From Yuukianura sp. NJ FZ-2021 (lineage: Eukaryota): a DNA stretch of 64,000 nucleotides. This document shows, piece after piece, positions 50,823 to 63,343 of the stretch. The notes under the pieces were generated by a model that did no database searches, had not been told where the DNA came from, and worked only from the letters and a program-made list of their open reading frames with translations. The DNA lies in the NCBI GenBank assembly GCA_046563655.1, contig CM102284.1, positions 6,510,001 to 6,574,000 on the forward strand, in the 5' to 3' direction. Every line of letters starts with the position of its first letter. Within the stretch, counting starts at the first letter, position 1. Made by a program: the position numbers and the translations under genes.

Positions 50823-53800
50823 ATGGATCGGAGGAAGCGGATAGAAAGTGGAAGTGATGGAACTGCTGAGCAGGTCAGACAAATTGAAAGGCTTCAACGG
50901 GACTTGACACGGCGAGAACGGGAGCTGGAAGAGGAAAGGCGTGAAACTGAAAAAACGATTGATCGAATGAGGACTTTAGAGAAAGTAATTTCAAAAAATT
51001 TAAAAAAGAAAAGTCAATTTTTAGAAGAGTAGGAGTTTAGAAAAATGTTCAATTTCTTTTCTGGTTTTAGGACAAAATTGAACTAAAACGAGAATTGGAT
51101 GAAGTTAGAGATGAAGTGACAGAGTATCAGCGATTGGTCGATGAACTGCAAGAAGAGCAAACCAAGGTCAAAGGTCATCTCAAGAGCCCTGATGAAGATG
51201 AACAGCTCAACACGCTTAGAGCTACGCTCCAGGAAAGGAATCGTGAAATTAGTCACTTCATTGAAGATTTAGAGGTAGAAAGTTCAAAAATCATTTACAA
51301 AAATCCAGAATCAAACTGAAATTCTAAAAATGTGTTGCAAAAAATGCTGGCTTTGCTTTCATTAGAGAATGGAAGAAGAAAAGTCAGCTTTGAAGAAAAA
51401 GTTGACAGAGGTCAGTGCTTCCCTGGAAGAAGCCACAGGTCAACTGACAGAGCTGACCAAAGACCGAGTTGATCTCAACAGCAAATTAGCAAAAACGGAC
51501 GAACTGATCCGGCGTCTGGAAGAAGACAAAGCGATTTTGCAAATTCGGGAACGCGAACTACTGGACTTCAAGGAACAACATGACCAGCACTTAGAAAATT
51601 TGGGAAATGCTGTTGACATTCGAGTGGATGTTTGGAAGGTAATTCTAGAATATTTAACCTTTTTCTTCGAATTTTTGAGATTCAAGTTCGGACTCGGTTT
51701 TTAGAAAATGATGTTTCAAAAAGATGAAGAAATTGAGCGTTTAAATGCAAAAGTTGAAGCACTTCTTCGAAAACCTTCCAACTCTCAACTCAACTCTGAA
51801 AATCAGGCGACTGTTCAGCATCTCAAAATGGTAAAAACCAAAAAGTAAACTACTTTGAAAGATTCGAATTTGGAAAAACTGAAAATTTTGAACAGAAAAT
51901 CCAACAAAGAGATGACCAAATCCACCACCTTATGGCACAACTTCAAGAAGCTACTAATGAATTGAACAACAATAACCGAGTGATTGCAAATCTTCAGGTT
52001 CAAGTTCCACCGGAAGCGATGGAAGAATCAGCAGAACTAGCTGCTCGAGCCCTTGAAAAGAAAGTTCGAAAACTTGAAATCAAAATAGAAAAGAGAACTG
52101 CAGCGCTGGAAGGAGCTGAAAAAGAGGCTGAAGAGAAAGCTGGTGAAATTGTTCAGTTGATGGCAAGACTTCGGCAGTATGAAGAAGGTCAGTATGGATT
52201 GGCTGACGCTGTTGCAGAAATTAAAGATCTCAAGAATCAACTCAAAATTCGTGATCGTGAGGTTGGAAAACTTACGCAAGAAGTGAATCAATTCCAGGTA
52301 AGATGCGCTTTCTCCTTCAAAATTGCTGACCTTGATGAAATCGCATTCTGATTACTTTCAACTTTTGTCTTCTTGACCGAATAGATTGAAGGATCCGAAG
52401 TTGTTGAAGAAAATGAAATGCTTCGGAAACAGCTTGGTCATGGAATCAACGACGATCTTTCTCATCAGCGTAGAATGTTTGTCCAGAAGAGATCCGAAGA
52501 TGTCAACGCTTTGAAAGCCAAACTGGAAGTAAAAGAAAACGAAGTCACGACACTCAAAACAAGAAACTACGAACTGAAGCGTTTGCTTACGGCAGCACAA
52601 GAGGAACAAGAACTTCTGCGACAAAGTTCGAAACAGCGCAAGCGTCAAAGTCCAAAACGAGTTCCGGCGAAGGAGGTAATTCCGTCGGTTCCTGCTGTTC
52701 CAGTTGACGCTGCAGCGATTTCTCCTGGAGAAGAACCAAGGTCAAGGTCACCAAGTCCACCGCCAATCCAAGACTTCCAGGGAATTGGATCACAAATGGT
52801 GGTCATAACTGAAAATTGGCAAGAAAAATATGAAATTATTCTTCACGAAAATACGGAATTGCGGAAAGGACTCCAGGAAATTTTGGACTCATTTCAACAC
52901 ATTGGCGGTAAGAGTTTGACGGATTTTTTTTTTTTTTAAATGTGTTTTTGTTTTAAAAACTGGATCTACTAAATTGGTTGTGGCTACTACAGTTCAAACT
53001 TAACTGACAAACTTTAATTAAAATTTCTGGTTCTGAATTTTTTTTTTTCAGAATCGGATTCGCTGAACATCAGAATTGAATCACCAACTTTGGAAAATTT
53101 GTTGCGTGAAATGTCAGCTCGTGGACTCATCAACTATCCCTACTCAATTTCCAGTTTTCATCTTAAAGTATGCAATTTAGAAGGGAAGAATTCGCAACTG
53201 AGGGAGGAATTGCAACGTACAAGGTGTCTAAGCTTCAAATTTCAAAATTTTTAACCCTAAAAACTCTAACTCTAAAAATTGAAACTTTCATAACAGAATC
53301 TGGGCAGAAGGATTGATTGAAAAAGAGAAGCAGCGCTGCGAAGAGTGGAGAGAGAAGGCAATCGCTGCTCAGGAAATTGTCAAAAATAGCAAAGTTGGCG
53401 AGCAGTCTGATTTTGTGCAACGGGTCAACCATTCCCAACTGGAGGTCAACTTTCCAAAAATTTCAAAATTTCAACAATACTTTACTGAAATTCTTCCAAC
53501 CTCTCTTTTCAGACTGGTCGCTGGAAACGCATTGCCGAGCAAAGTGAGAAGCTGATTGCAATGCTTAATGAAAAAGTTGAAGATTCGGATTCCAAAGTAG
53601 CTCAGCTTGAAGCCAGATTAGAAGAAGTTCAAAAAGAATCCCGTGAGCAAAAACAGCGCTCGGAAGCCATTTCAGCTCCAGCTCCTAGCCGAATGGAGTC
53701 AATTGGAATCCAAGTGGAGCCGATTCCGTCAAGTGACGCAGCTGAAGATTCCAAAGTGGCTGAAGTCGAACTGCGTTTGCATGAACTTCAGAATCTGCTA

Positions 53801-56255
53801 GCTGCCAAGGACGAAGTAATTGAAAATCTGAAGAACATCACAGCGTCCTACCAGAGTCGACCTGTCAGCCGAACCGGTATGAGTCGTGTTTCGGTTTCAC
53901 CGAATCCGGAACTGGAAGAAGCACTCCAACTGGCTCGTGAATCAATTCATAGCCTAACAAAGCGATTGCAAGCCAAAGAAGAGAACTTGATGGCCTACAA
54001 AAGAATTTTGGCAGAAGTGAGAAGCGAAATGCAATTGGGCACAGATAGACATGTCCAGGACATGAACGCTCTCCAGTCGATTATTCATCAGCAGCAGCAA
54101 GCATTCACAAGGTTACTCCAAATTTGAAACTTGAAAAAAAAAGTTTCAGAAAATAACTTTTTGTCCAAAATTTCAGAATGAAGTCAACCCTGAGCCATCC
54201 AGTTCGTGACACTCCGACGGACATAGAAGGAGCCCTTAAAGAACAACTGACCAGAGTCAATGAACTGGAGGATTGTGTACGTGACCTTGAGCATACAATG
54301 GGAAATGTTGCTAGTCAACTTGCAACTGCTCGGACGGATGCTCATCGCTGGAGAGTCACTGCTGATACTCGCTTGAAAGAAATTGATCTCTTGCGAGAAC
54401 AGTACTAAACAAAAAAAAATCCAAAAACTTACATTTTTCAATCCGGTTTTGAAAATTTTTGAATTTTAGAGTTGGAGTTGGAAATCCACATGATATTGAA
54501 GTTCTTCAAGAGAAGATTCAGGTCCAGGAAGACACAATTGCTGAATTGAAGCGATCCGCGCACACGACTTCTGTTCTCAAGGAACTCCTGGAAGAAAAAG
54601 AAATTGAAATTCAAGCACTTCGCAGTGCTGGAGGACGCTCCAAGGTAAAAATTCAAAATTGCAGTTATTGCTATTTCCAGTTAAAATGAACTTTGTTCCA
54701 AATTCCGGAAGTTCACAAACAATGCTTTAAAAAACTTACGCGGCTTTAACTTCATTTCATAAGGCTCCTGCTCTGGTGGCCCAGAGGTCAACCGACTTGG
54801 GGTCAAATTCATGGATTCCAAAAGTTCCATCTACCCAAGAGTCACAGCAATTCAGCAGTAGTGCAGGACAAAAATCCGAAATTGAGTATCTGCGCACCGC
54901 AAATCAGGATCTGGAATCAAAATTGAAAAAATTACAAGTTCGATTGAGTAAAATGAATGCGACAAATCGCGCTTCTGGAATTACACAAGAAATGGAAAAA
55001 CTTCGTACTGAGTATACTGCTGTCCTGGAAGAAAGAGATTCGCTTAGAATGAGAATCGCTGAAACTGATAGACGAACAGACGAAGAAATTGAAAAGAATC
55101 GCAAGGTTTTCACAACTTTTCAAAAAAAAAATCAATTCCAATTTCTAAAATTTTGAAAATTTTGAAATCTAGACTGTCGAAGGCTACGCTCGGTGGGACG
55201 AAGGGAAAAAGTGGAAACGGACTGTAGAACGTCTCGAAGATCAAAAACGAAAATTAGAAGAAGACAAGATTCGAATGACCAAGGAAATTGAAACTCACAA
55301 GAACATTATTACGCGTCTCGAAAAAGAAAAAATGCTTCACGAATCCAGATTGAAAAGAGTCAAATCCAGTACGTCTGAGCAGTCTCTCTTTGATGAAGAA
55401 GTTGACAAGTATCGCAGGGAAGTTGAGCGTCTCCAGTCAACTCTAAACCAAAAAGAACTCAATACAAACGAAATCGTTGAACGATTGACAATGGAAGCCA
55501 AGATCTTACGTGAGAGGATTGAAACACAAGAGCGTCAAATCACTGCCTACGAAGTATCGACCAAAGGAGATCCAAAAGTTGTCGCTGAAATTCAAAAATT
55601 AGTTCAGTCAAATGATCAACTTCATCAAGAATTGGTTAATCAGCAACAAGTTAACCTGGATCTGAAGTTGCAAATTCAGGAAATGAAACTGGAAACGCCC
55701 AAATTACGCGAACGAGTTCAAAATCTTCAGAAAATGGCTGATTTTCTAAAATCCGACAAGTCATCTGGGCCATCGTATCGTTCCGGAGGAAGTCTTGCGT
55801 CCAGTAGTGGCCGAAATCTAGGAGAACTAGAAAAAACAATCACCGCGTTAAAGTCAATTGTTGAAAAATTGGATAAAAACAAAGTTGGAAAACCAACTTC
55901 TGGAGGAGGCAGTCGTGTTCGAGCGAGCAGATCAGCATCGAGCTTGAGAGAACGCCAAGAGGGCATAATTGAAGAAAAACAGCGATTGATGGAAAAAGTT
56001 CAATCGCTGGAAGAGCTGATTCAGCGCGCTGAAAAAGTTCAACTGGAGAATGAAGCTCGTATTGGTGATCTTCTACAACAAAGAGACGAAGCCCAGAGTC
56101 GAGCTCAAAGTGCTGAAATGAAACTCAAAACGTTTTTAGAGCAAGATCGAACCAAGGCGCTGGAAGATGAAATTCAGCGAAAAACGCAACTTTTGGCCGA
56201 AGCTAAGAAATCGCTGGAGACTTTCTCAAAAATGAAGAAATCCACCAAACCATAA
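50823..56255 (+). CDS. CEP290: Centrosomal/transition-zone protein CEP290, ~13 exons, approx. 1,450 aa; start codon uncertain
   Basis: LRQYEEGQYGLADAVAEIKDLKNQLKIRDREV, EENEMLRKQLG, ENTELRKGLQEIL, IESPTLENLL, LEGKNSQLREEL, ARWDEGKKWKRTVERL, ELEKTITALKSIVEKL within long coiled coil. Confidence 0.88.
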
Positions 56256-56563
56256 ACTGGAAAAGACTAAAAATTTGTTCAGCGCAGCAGCAGCAGAATC
56301 TTCCAAATTTAAATGATTTAGTTGTGATTTTTATGTAAATTATTAATAAATTTTCAAATGCTGATTGTATATAATCTGAATTTGTGGAAGTTTAGCTTAG
56401 TTTTAAGTGTAAACAGAGAATCGATGGATTAGATTTCATAATTTGCTTGAGAATTAAATAAATTAACTTACAAAAATTAACTATACAGTTTCATGGCCAA
56501 GAGGGGGATCCCAAATACACTTCGAAAGAAATACTCCCAGGATAATCGTTCGAGATCTGGAAT

Positions 56564-57792
56564 TCACGTACTTACTTCCAGGAGGCTGTTGATGGCAGAC
56601 TCTTTGGAATATCCAGACAATTCGTACACGGATTTCACAACTTCAGCTTCCACATTTGGAAACATTTCAACCAACTGAGCAAAAATTGTCATTTTTAGCC
56701 GTTAGTCTAGTAAATATTGGTGAGAGTTTTTGACTTACTTGTTTGTAATCGTCTTCTGAAAACGTAGGAAGCGGTGGGACAGTTGCAGCCTGAATCGGTT
56801 GGCCTGACTGGTAAACTGCTGGGCCCTTTCTTGTGTTGTACAGTTGATTAGGATATCCAAGGCCCGACGTGAAGACAATACCTTGTGGTGGCATCGCACC
56901 AGCAGCTGGAGCAGCCATGAACGAAAATACAAGTAAGATTTGACCTTCCTTTCCGTCCCCTGAAACAAATCGTAGATGTTGTGAAGCGAAATCAAAATAT
57001 GTACTGCGAAGTTTATACAATATAAATGTAAAAGAACAAAGAATTACCTTGTTTCCCATTAAGTGAATACCATTCTTCGATAGTTTCGCCCTTAAAAATT
57101 TGATCTGGAATCTGAATATGAGCATGGGCAACAAGTTCGTCAACCGAGAAGGAACATTCGTCGTAGATTTCGAGATAAATCTGAAAATGAACGTTGGAAA
57201 ACAAGGGAATCAGCGACACAATGGCATTAAAACTCACTAACTATGATTGAAATTTTGACTTACTTGATTAATTCCAGCTGGAAGATAGCACTGAATAGTT
57301 TTGTTCCATCTCGGAGTCTTGGATCCGTTGACATCAGTGGGTGTTTCGTAAATACTGTGTCCAATATGAAGTCTCACCTAAGGAATAAGTACACGCAAAA
57401 TTAAACCGTTGTGAGGTGTAAAGGTGTTTGATTATTCGACTAACGTATGGGTCCATTCTGGTCATTCCATAGTTTTTAGCCAGTTTGGCCTGCATGACAG
57501 AAACAAGCAACCGTCCTCGGATATTCTGTGCTCCAAGACCTACTGCTCCCGGCATGCCATGAACATGTCCATGACCTGGTCCACGGGCATTCAGTTGCTG
57601 GTGGAGTGCAGCGGCTGCCTGCTGGTCCAATTCTTCTTGATGACTCAAGTTTGCATTATTAGCACTTGGAACCGGTCCAGGGCGGACGGAGATTTGATTC
57701 GGTATTCGTAGAAAGTCATCAGACAAGTTCAGGGTCAACCGGTTTCTTCTTTCAGCTCGCTTCAACTCCGAAGGTGATAAGCTCGCAGCCAT
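56564..57792 (-). CDS. TOLLIP: Toll-interacting protein (TBD, C2, CUE); exact 3' end uncertain
   Basis: [95 protein letters not shown]...AINSLLE. Confidence 0.95.
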
Positions 57793-58814
57793 CCTGGCAA
57801 CAAAATCAATGCAAATTACTCATTAAAAAGAGACTTACAACTGTTTAACAGTAAATAATTAGTACAATATGGCTCAGACACACCCGATTCTTTCTATATT
57901 TTACCGAACTGACTTACCTTAAGCGATTTGCAACTAAGAAGGTTATCTACCTCTTAAGAATTTAACAGGTTGAAGATGATTTATGTATAAAGTTCCTCTC
58001 TAGTGATGATGACGACGATGACGTTGTTATTACTTGCTCTGCTGGAGGAAGAATAATAAAAAACCTTTGAGTCACGGGATAATGAGTCCAATGTAATGTT
58101 ATGTGGTTAGAAAAACTTACTGTCTGTGGATTCCAGCCAGCCCCCGCAGTAAACAGCACTCTCAGAATGAAGAAGAGCCCAGATAAAAGTTAAGTGACAC
58201 AAAAACAATTAACACTTATCGCGTAAGTAATGTCACCTCTGCTGAGCCTGCAAGTAAACAAATGTTTATGTAGCCAAAACGGCAATATAGAATGTACTTG
58301 TTTGAGAAATGACCAAAATACAACAAAAAATGGTGTTAAAGTTATGCTATGCAATACATACCAAAATTCCTTTTTGATGAGAGTCCCTTGCTTTTGTTCA
58401 ACCCAAAATTGCCAGCAACTTGCAAAATTGCCAATTCTACTCCACTTGCACTCTCAAATTTTTACCGCATAAAGGCTATATACACAATTCGTCGGAAGCT
58501 GTGAATTTCATATAACAAAGTTTAGCACAAAAAACAGTTGGAATGTTCATGAGGTTTGCAAATATTCACAGACTCACGGGATCCCTTGCCTGTCACTTTC
58601 CGTTTTCATACTAAAAAGTATACGGAATTCCGAACAGACGAACAGAGTCTGCTCGTCCTCGAGATTTTTCTCCGAAAATCGGGTCAAAAAAGAAAATTCG
58701 GATTTTTCGGTACCAGTTTTTGAGTAGGAAGGAGTGCATCAGGTTCTAAAAAAAGCGTATGCTGGCTCTTTAGAAGTTTTTAAATTTCATAATTTAGGAA
58801 GGAGAACGTTGACA

Positions 58815-59805
58815 ATGGCAGAGTCAAAATTTGAAGAGAAAAAGGCTGGGCTGAGTCCCTTAGAATATCAAGTGGTTGTTAATAAAGCTACTGAACGGTA
58901 AGGCATTTTAAATAATTAATTAAATTTAGTTTACTTTTGTGGTCCTTGCGGCTTTCAAGTTTTCGATAAATCATGAATCTAATTTTAGAAGTTTAGCGTT
59001 TGACCTTCACAAAGTTACCGGATCTAAAAGCGTGATCTGCTTTTTAGTATTTGGCACATTTTAACGGCGTTTGAAAATACAATCACTCTAATTCGCTGCG
59101 AAAATATGCAATTTCGAAAGTTTCAGCTACATCCAGGTTAATTTTGGAAAATAATTAAAATTGAATGAATTTTGTTGATTTCAGTCCATTTTCAAACAAG
59201 TACAATCGTCACTGGGAAATCGGGACTTACCATTGTGTTGTCTGTAACCAAGAGTTGTTCAAATCCGAATCCAAATTTGAGTCCAAATCCGGTTGGCCAG
59301 CATTTTCAAATGTTATAAACAAAGACAGTGTCAAGTTCAAGACGGACACTTCCAATGGTAAGCCTTCTTTCTTGATCTCCATCAAAGGTCAAAGGTCACA
59401 TCAACTTTTTCTTTTCCAGTCGGAATGAACCTGCTTCTGCTTGCTACCCGTCCGGACCTCGCTCGTACCGAAGTCTCCTGCGCCCTCTGTAACGCCCATC
59501 TTGGTCATTTGTTCAAAGACGGTCCAAAGTCAAGTGGCGGACTTCGTTTTTGTATCAACTCAGCATCGCTTACATTCATCGCTTCCAGTAGTAGTGGCAG
59601 CAGTAGTCCTCATGAAAGTGCTGTCACAAGTAACGGCTTGCCACAAGAAAATTGTTCCAACGGTTCTTCCGGAATGACTCCTTGCGGTATTGGCAAAATT
59701 TGCTTCTTTTCGCCTAGAAAAGAGGAAATGGACGGTGGCGGTGGGATTCAGCGCATTTCGATGTCACCGCGACCGCTTCCGATTCTTCGGGAAACCACCC
59801 TCTGA
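58815..59805 (+). CDS. MsrB: Methionine-R-sulfoxide reductase B (SelR family), Cys-type, Zn-binding; exons 58815-58897, 59185-59357, 59420-59805
   Basis: LSPLEYQV...[53 protein letters not shown]. Confidence 0.95.
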
Positions 59806-60176
59806 CCTTCAGCTTCTAGTCTCTCGCGTGAATCTCAAGTACCTAATAACAACTAACAAAAAAACAAAAAGGAAATGTATATCCAACCAAAGAAATATCT
59901 TAGAAAAAGTCGCAGTATTATAACTTGAAGAGCTCCTCTTTCAACTAACATTTCGTAGAGCGAGTGTGTAGAAGTTCCTCCTTCTTTTAACATTTTTAAC
60001 TCAAATCAATAGACTAGTCGCCTTCCCAAAAACGCTGACGCTGAAACCAAGAAAAATGAGATTTTAAATAAAAACTTGCGAAATATCTTTATTGTAAAAA
60101 GAGGAGGAAAAGCGATGAAGCGAAAGTCCTTGACTAGCGTACGATTTACTTACGATTACGATTGCAAAATGCGGAT

Positions 60177-62300
60177 TCAGAAGAGGTTGTCGGGATAAAC
60201 GTTGAGGAAATTGTTTGGGATAGGATGCTGGGCTGGAGCTGGACCGGAGCGATAAGGTTGTGAATGTTTAGTCGAACTAAGATTAAGTTCCATTTGGTTT
60301 TGGTTATGTTGTTGTGGATGTGGAGGTTCATGATGGTAGGCTTCGGATCGCGATGACAGGTCAAGTAGTTCACGAATGAACGAATTCGTTGACTGATCTG
60401 AAAATGATGATCGGAGACTCAAATCCATGGAATTGTTGACCGTCAAGTTGCAGTTGGAATAAGCATCTCGATTGATGAGATCTAAACAAAATTAGACATT
60501 TTGGAACAAAGTTTTTTCAAAATTTCAAAAATTTTGTTTCAAAAACTGATTTCGACGAAAGTTTACCCATTGGTTGCTGTTGAAATGGTGCGACATTGCT
60601 TAAATCGATAAGATCCAACTTGGAATTGAACGAATGTGACTCTTTACTGGTGCTTGGCGAGGAATCGATGAAGTGACTCAGCTCTGTTGCCGTTCGGACA
60701 CAGAGTTCCAGTGGACCAGAATCCTGGAATACTTTGGTCAGTTCCATCGGCATGTCCTGGAAATCTGTACTTGTAATTTTATAGCACAGTTCCATAGGTT
60801 GGTTAGGGTCATGCGTTGGTGTCATCTCTCGGACAGAATGGTTTCCAGCAGCATCAGTTGAACTCAAAGTGGTCACAGTAACATTTGAATTTCCAGCATT
60901 ACTCTGCAGACTGCCATGGACATCAATGGAATTCATTCCATGATAAGGCTGCCTGCCAACTGAAGTTGCTTCAATCCATACCGTTGCCACTGCGTTACCA
61001 CTTGAACTTGGAGTTGGTGGTGGCTGCGACTGTGTTGAAGGCGGAGGTGGAATCGGTTCAGGAGTGGCCACTGCTGCTGGCTGTTCCGCTTGGGAGTTTT
61101 TGATTGGTGGGGGCGGTTTTTGTCCAGCGGGACAACTGCTTTCGTGGATCCTCTTCAAGTGTTTGGAATAATTTGGATAATTGTTGAACGTTTTGGAGCA
61201 GAATGGACATCCAAGGGAATTCGTTTGACTATGAGTGTTTTCATGCTCTTCAAGCCGATTCTTGCGATTGAAGCCCTTCTGACACACAGTACAAACGAAC
61301 TTGTTGACTGAAAGATGAGTCGAAATGTGTCTCGATAGGCATTTGCTTGTCTTGTAAAACTTGTTGCAAATGTAGCAAGGAAACTCCCGTTCAGTGATGT
61401 GCGTTTTGGTATGTCTTGTTAGATCCTTCTTTTCGTAGAAGGCAGCAGGACAAGTAGTGCAGGAATGCCTCTTCGGTGGCAATGTTTCTTTAGCAGAGTG
61501 ACGACTGCGAATGTGAATAGTCAAGGAGACTTTCTGGGCATAGGATAACGCACAGAATGAGCACTGATACCGTTTTCCCTTGTGGTTACTTGCAATGTGA
61601 CTGTAGTATGAACTCGCATCTGGCAGCGATTCGCTGCAAAAGTCGCAAGTAAACTTCTCTGGTGCTTTGGGCTCGTCGTGTCCTTTGTCTACAGCAGTGA
61701 CTTCAGCCTCATCGGCAGTAGCGATTGGTGTATCTTCAGAATCCGTGTGGAAAGCGATTGGTTGATCCTCTACGGCTTCTACGTTCTCTGGTTCATGGAT
61801 GATATCCGCTTGGGTTTGATGAGTATCACGGCCTAAGAAATTGACGTGTTCGAGTTACTAATTCTTTGTAAAAATGTAATAGTTTGTTGAAAAAACTTAC
61901 AACTGCAGTTGTCTAACTTCTTTCCGCAATCATTGCAGTTACTTCCACTTTCAGCAGCAGCACTGGATGAAGCAATTGCAGAAGTGGATTCTGGTCGCGG
62001 TGGTGGTACCTCTTCTTTCTTCGAGTTCGCGAGATTCTTGGCAATTTGTTTTAACTTTTCCTGGGCATCAAATACTGTTTCCTTATACTTTGCATATTCT
62101 TCTAAGCTGGAGCAACAATCGGTACAAATCCGCTTCGGCAGTAGATCTTCCTCCAATACCAACACAGATAACGTCTTTCGTAACTTTTCAGAGATTCCAA
62201 GCCTTTTCCCTTCTTCTCCAAAAATATGGACACCACCACCGATGAGTTCCGTTGCACAAGTCCTACAGTACTTGGACAACCAAGCATCAAACTCCGGCAT
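60177..62300 (-). CDS. ZAD (zf-AD) + C2H2 zinc-finger transcription factor; exons 62300-61901, 61832-60567, 60481-60177
   Basis: CRTC...LPKRICTDC ZAD; six CxxC...HxxxH fingers (CDFC, CSFC, CTTC, CYIC, CTVC, CPFC); in-frame splice joins. Confidence 0.88.
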
Positions 62301-62466
62301 CTTCTTTTATAAAATTCCAAATAGAGAACAGTGCAGTAATTTTCAAACGAACTTGGCAGCTGGATAGGCTTGTTAGGATACCAACCGAGTTTGTTTACTT
62401 CGCTCACCTCAAACACGGTTGGGGAGCACTGCATAAGGCGAATGTGTATAATGTTAAGAGATAGGA

Positions 62467-62503
62467 AATCCGCTGATTAGCGGATTGTGCATCGATGCAC
62501 AAT
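62467..62503. promoter_or_regulatory. Two overlapping 20-bp palindromes upstream of the ZAD-ZNF gene
   Basis: AATCCGCTGATTAGCGGATT (one mismatched pair) and perfect ATTGTGCATCGATGCACAAT. Confidence 0.55.
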
Positions 62504-63343
62504 TTTTGTTGAGCGAAGGATATTCTTCGTTCAGTGTACCCGCCTTTACTTTTTAGAATTCCAGCAATGTTACGACTATGCTGCGTTAAGAATCTGAAGG
62601 GCTTACTTTTTCTTCAAGTTCTATAATAGAACAATAATTATTATTGTAGCCCTGAATTAGTATTTAGTATAACCATAAGGGTTTACTTAAATTGTGGGTA
62701 CAAGAGGAGTGCCTTATTAGCGCCCAACCGGGGTCACTGGGAAACGCTATTTTGAATTTGTTTATTTTTTTCCAAACAGTTCGTCAAATGCAGTGCTCCC
62801 AGAGTATGGATAGGCCTCCTGCAAGTTAAGAAAATATAAATCTCAACCTCTCAACGTTTACAATACAATACAGTGAACCAACCTACTTCTAAGCTTCGTA
62901 AGGTACACACTTACAGTTATTCCTGTAGTTCGCCCCATAGACCTCTAAAAGAATCGACATGGATACGATCGCTTCGGCAGTGTTCGTGTTCATGTTGAAG
63001 AAACTGGCGAACGACTAAATACTATAAAAGTTACACGTACTGATCCCCTTTCATGACGTTCGGTATTTGCACACTTTCCAAACCAAACTCGAGGTGGACA
63101 ACGTAGATTACTAAAAACTTAATTAAATTAAGTGATAACCAGTGAAATCGATTGATGACAGATCATGATAAAAAAAAAACATCTGACAAGGACAACTGAA
63201 AAACTAACTTTCAACCACTGAATAACTTTCACTTCCCTTTCAATAATATGTATTCAAAAATCCCGCGCCCCCAAAATCCATAATATGCAAATTAGGTAAA
63301 CAATAACATATGACGTCCACATTTTTTACGCTAAACGTCAACA

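Noticed and set aside
59420-59805. Selenocysteine or SECIS in MsrB
   Set aside because: The catalytic codon is TGT (Cys) and there is no in-frame TGA
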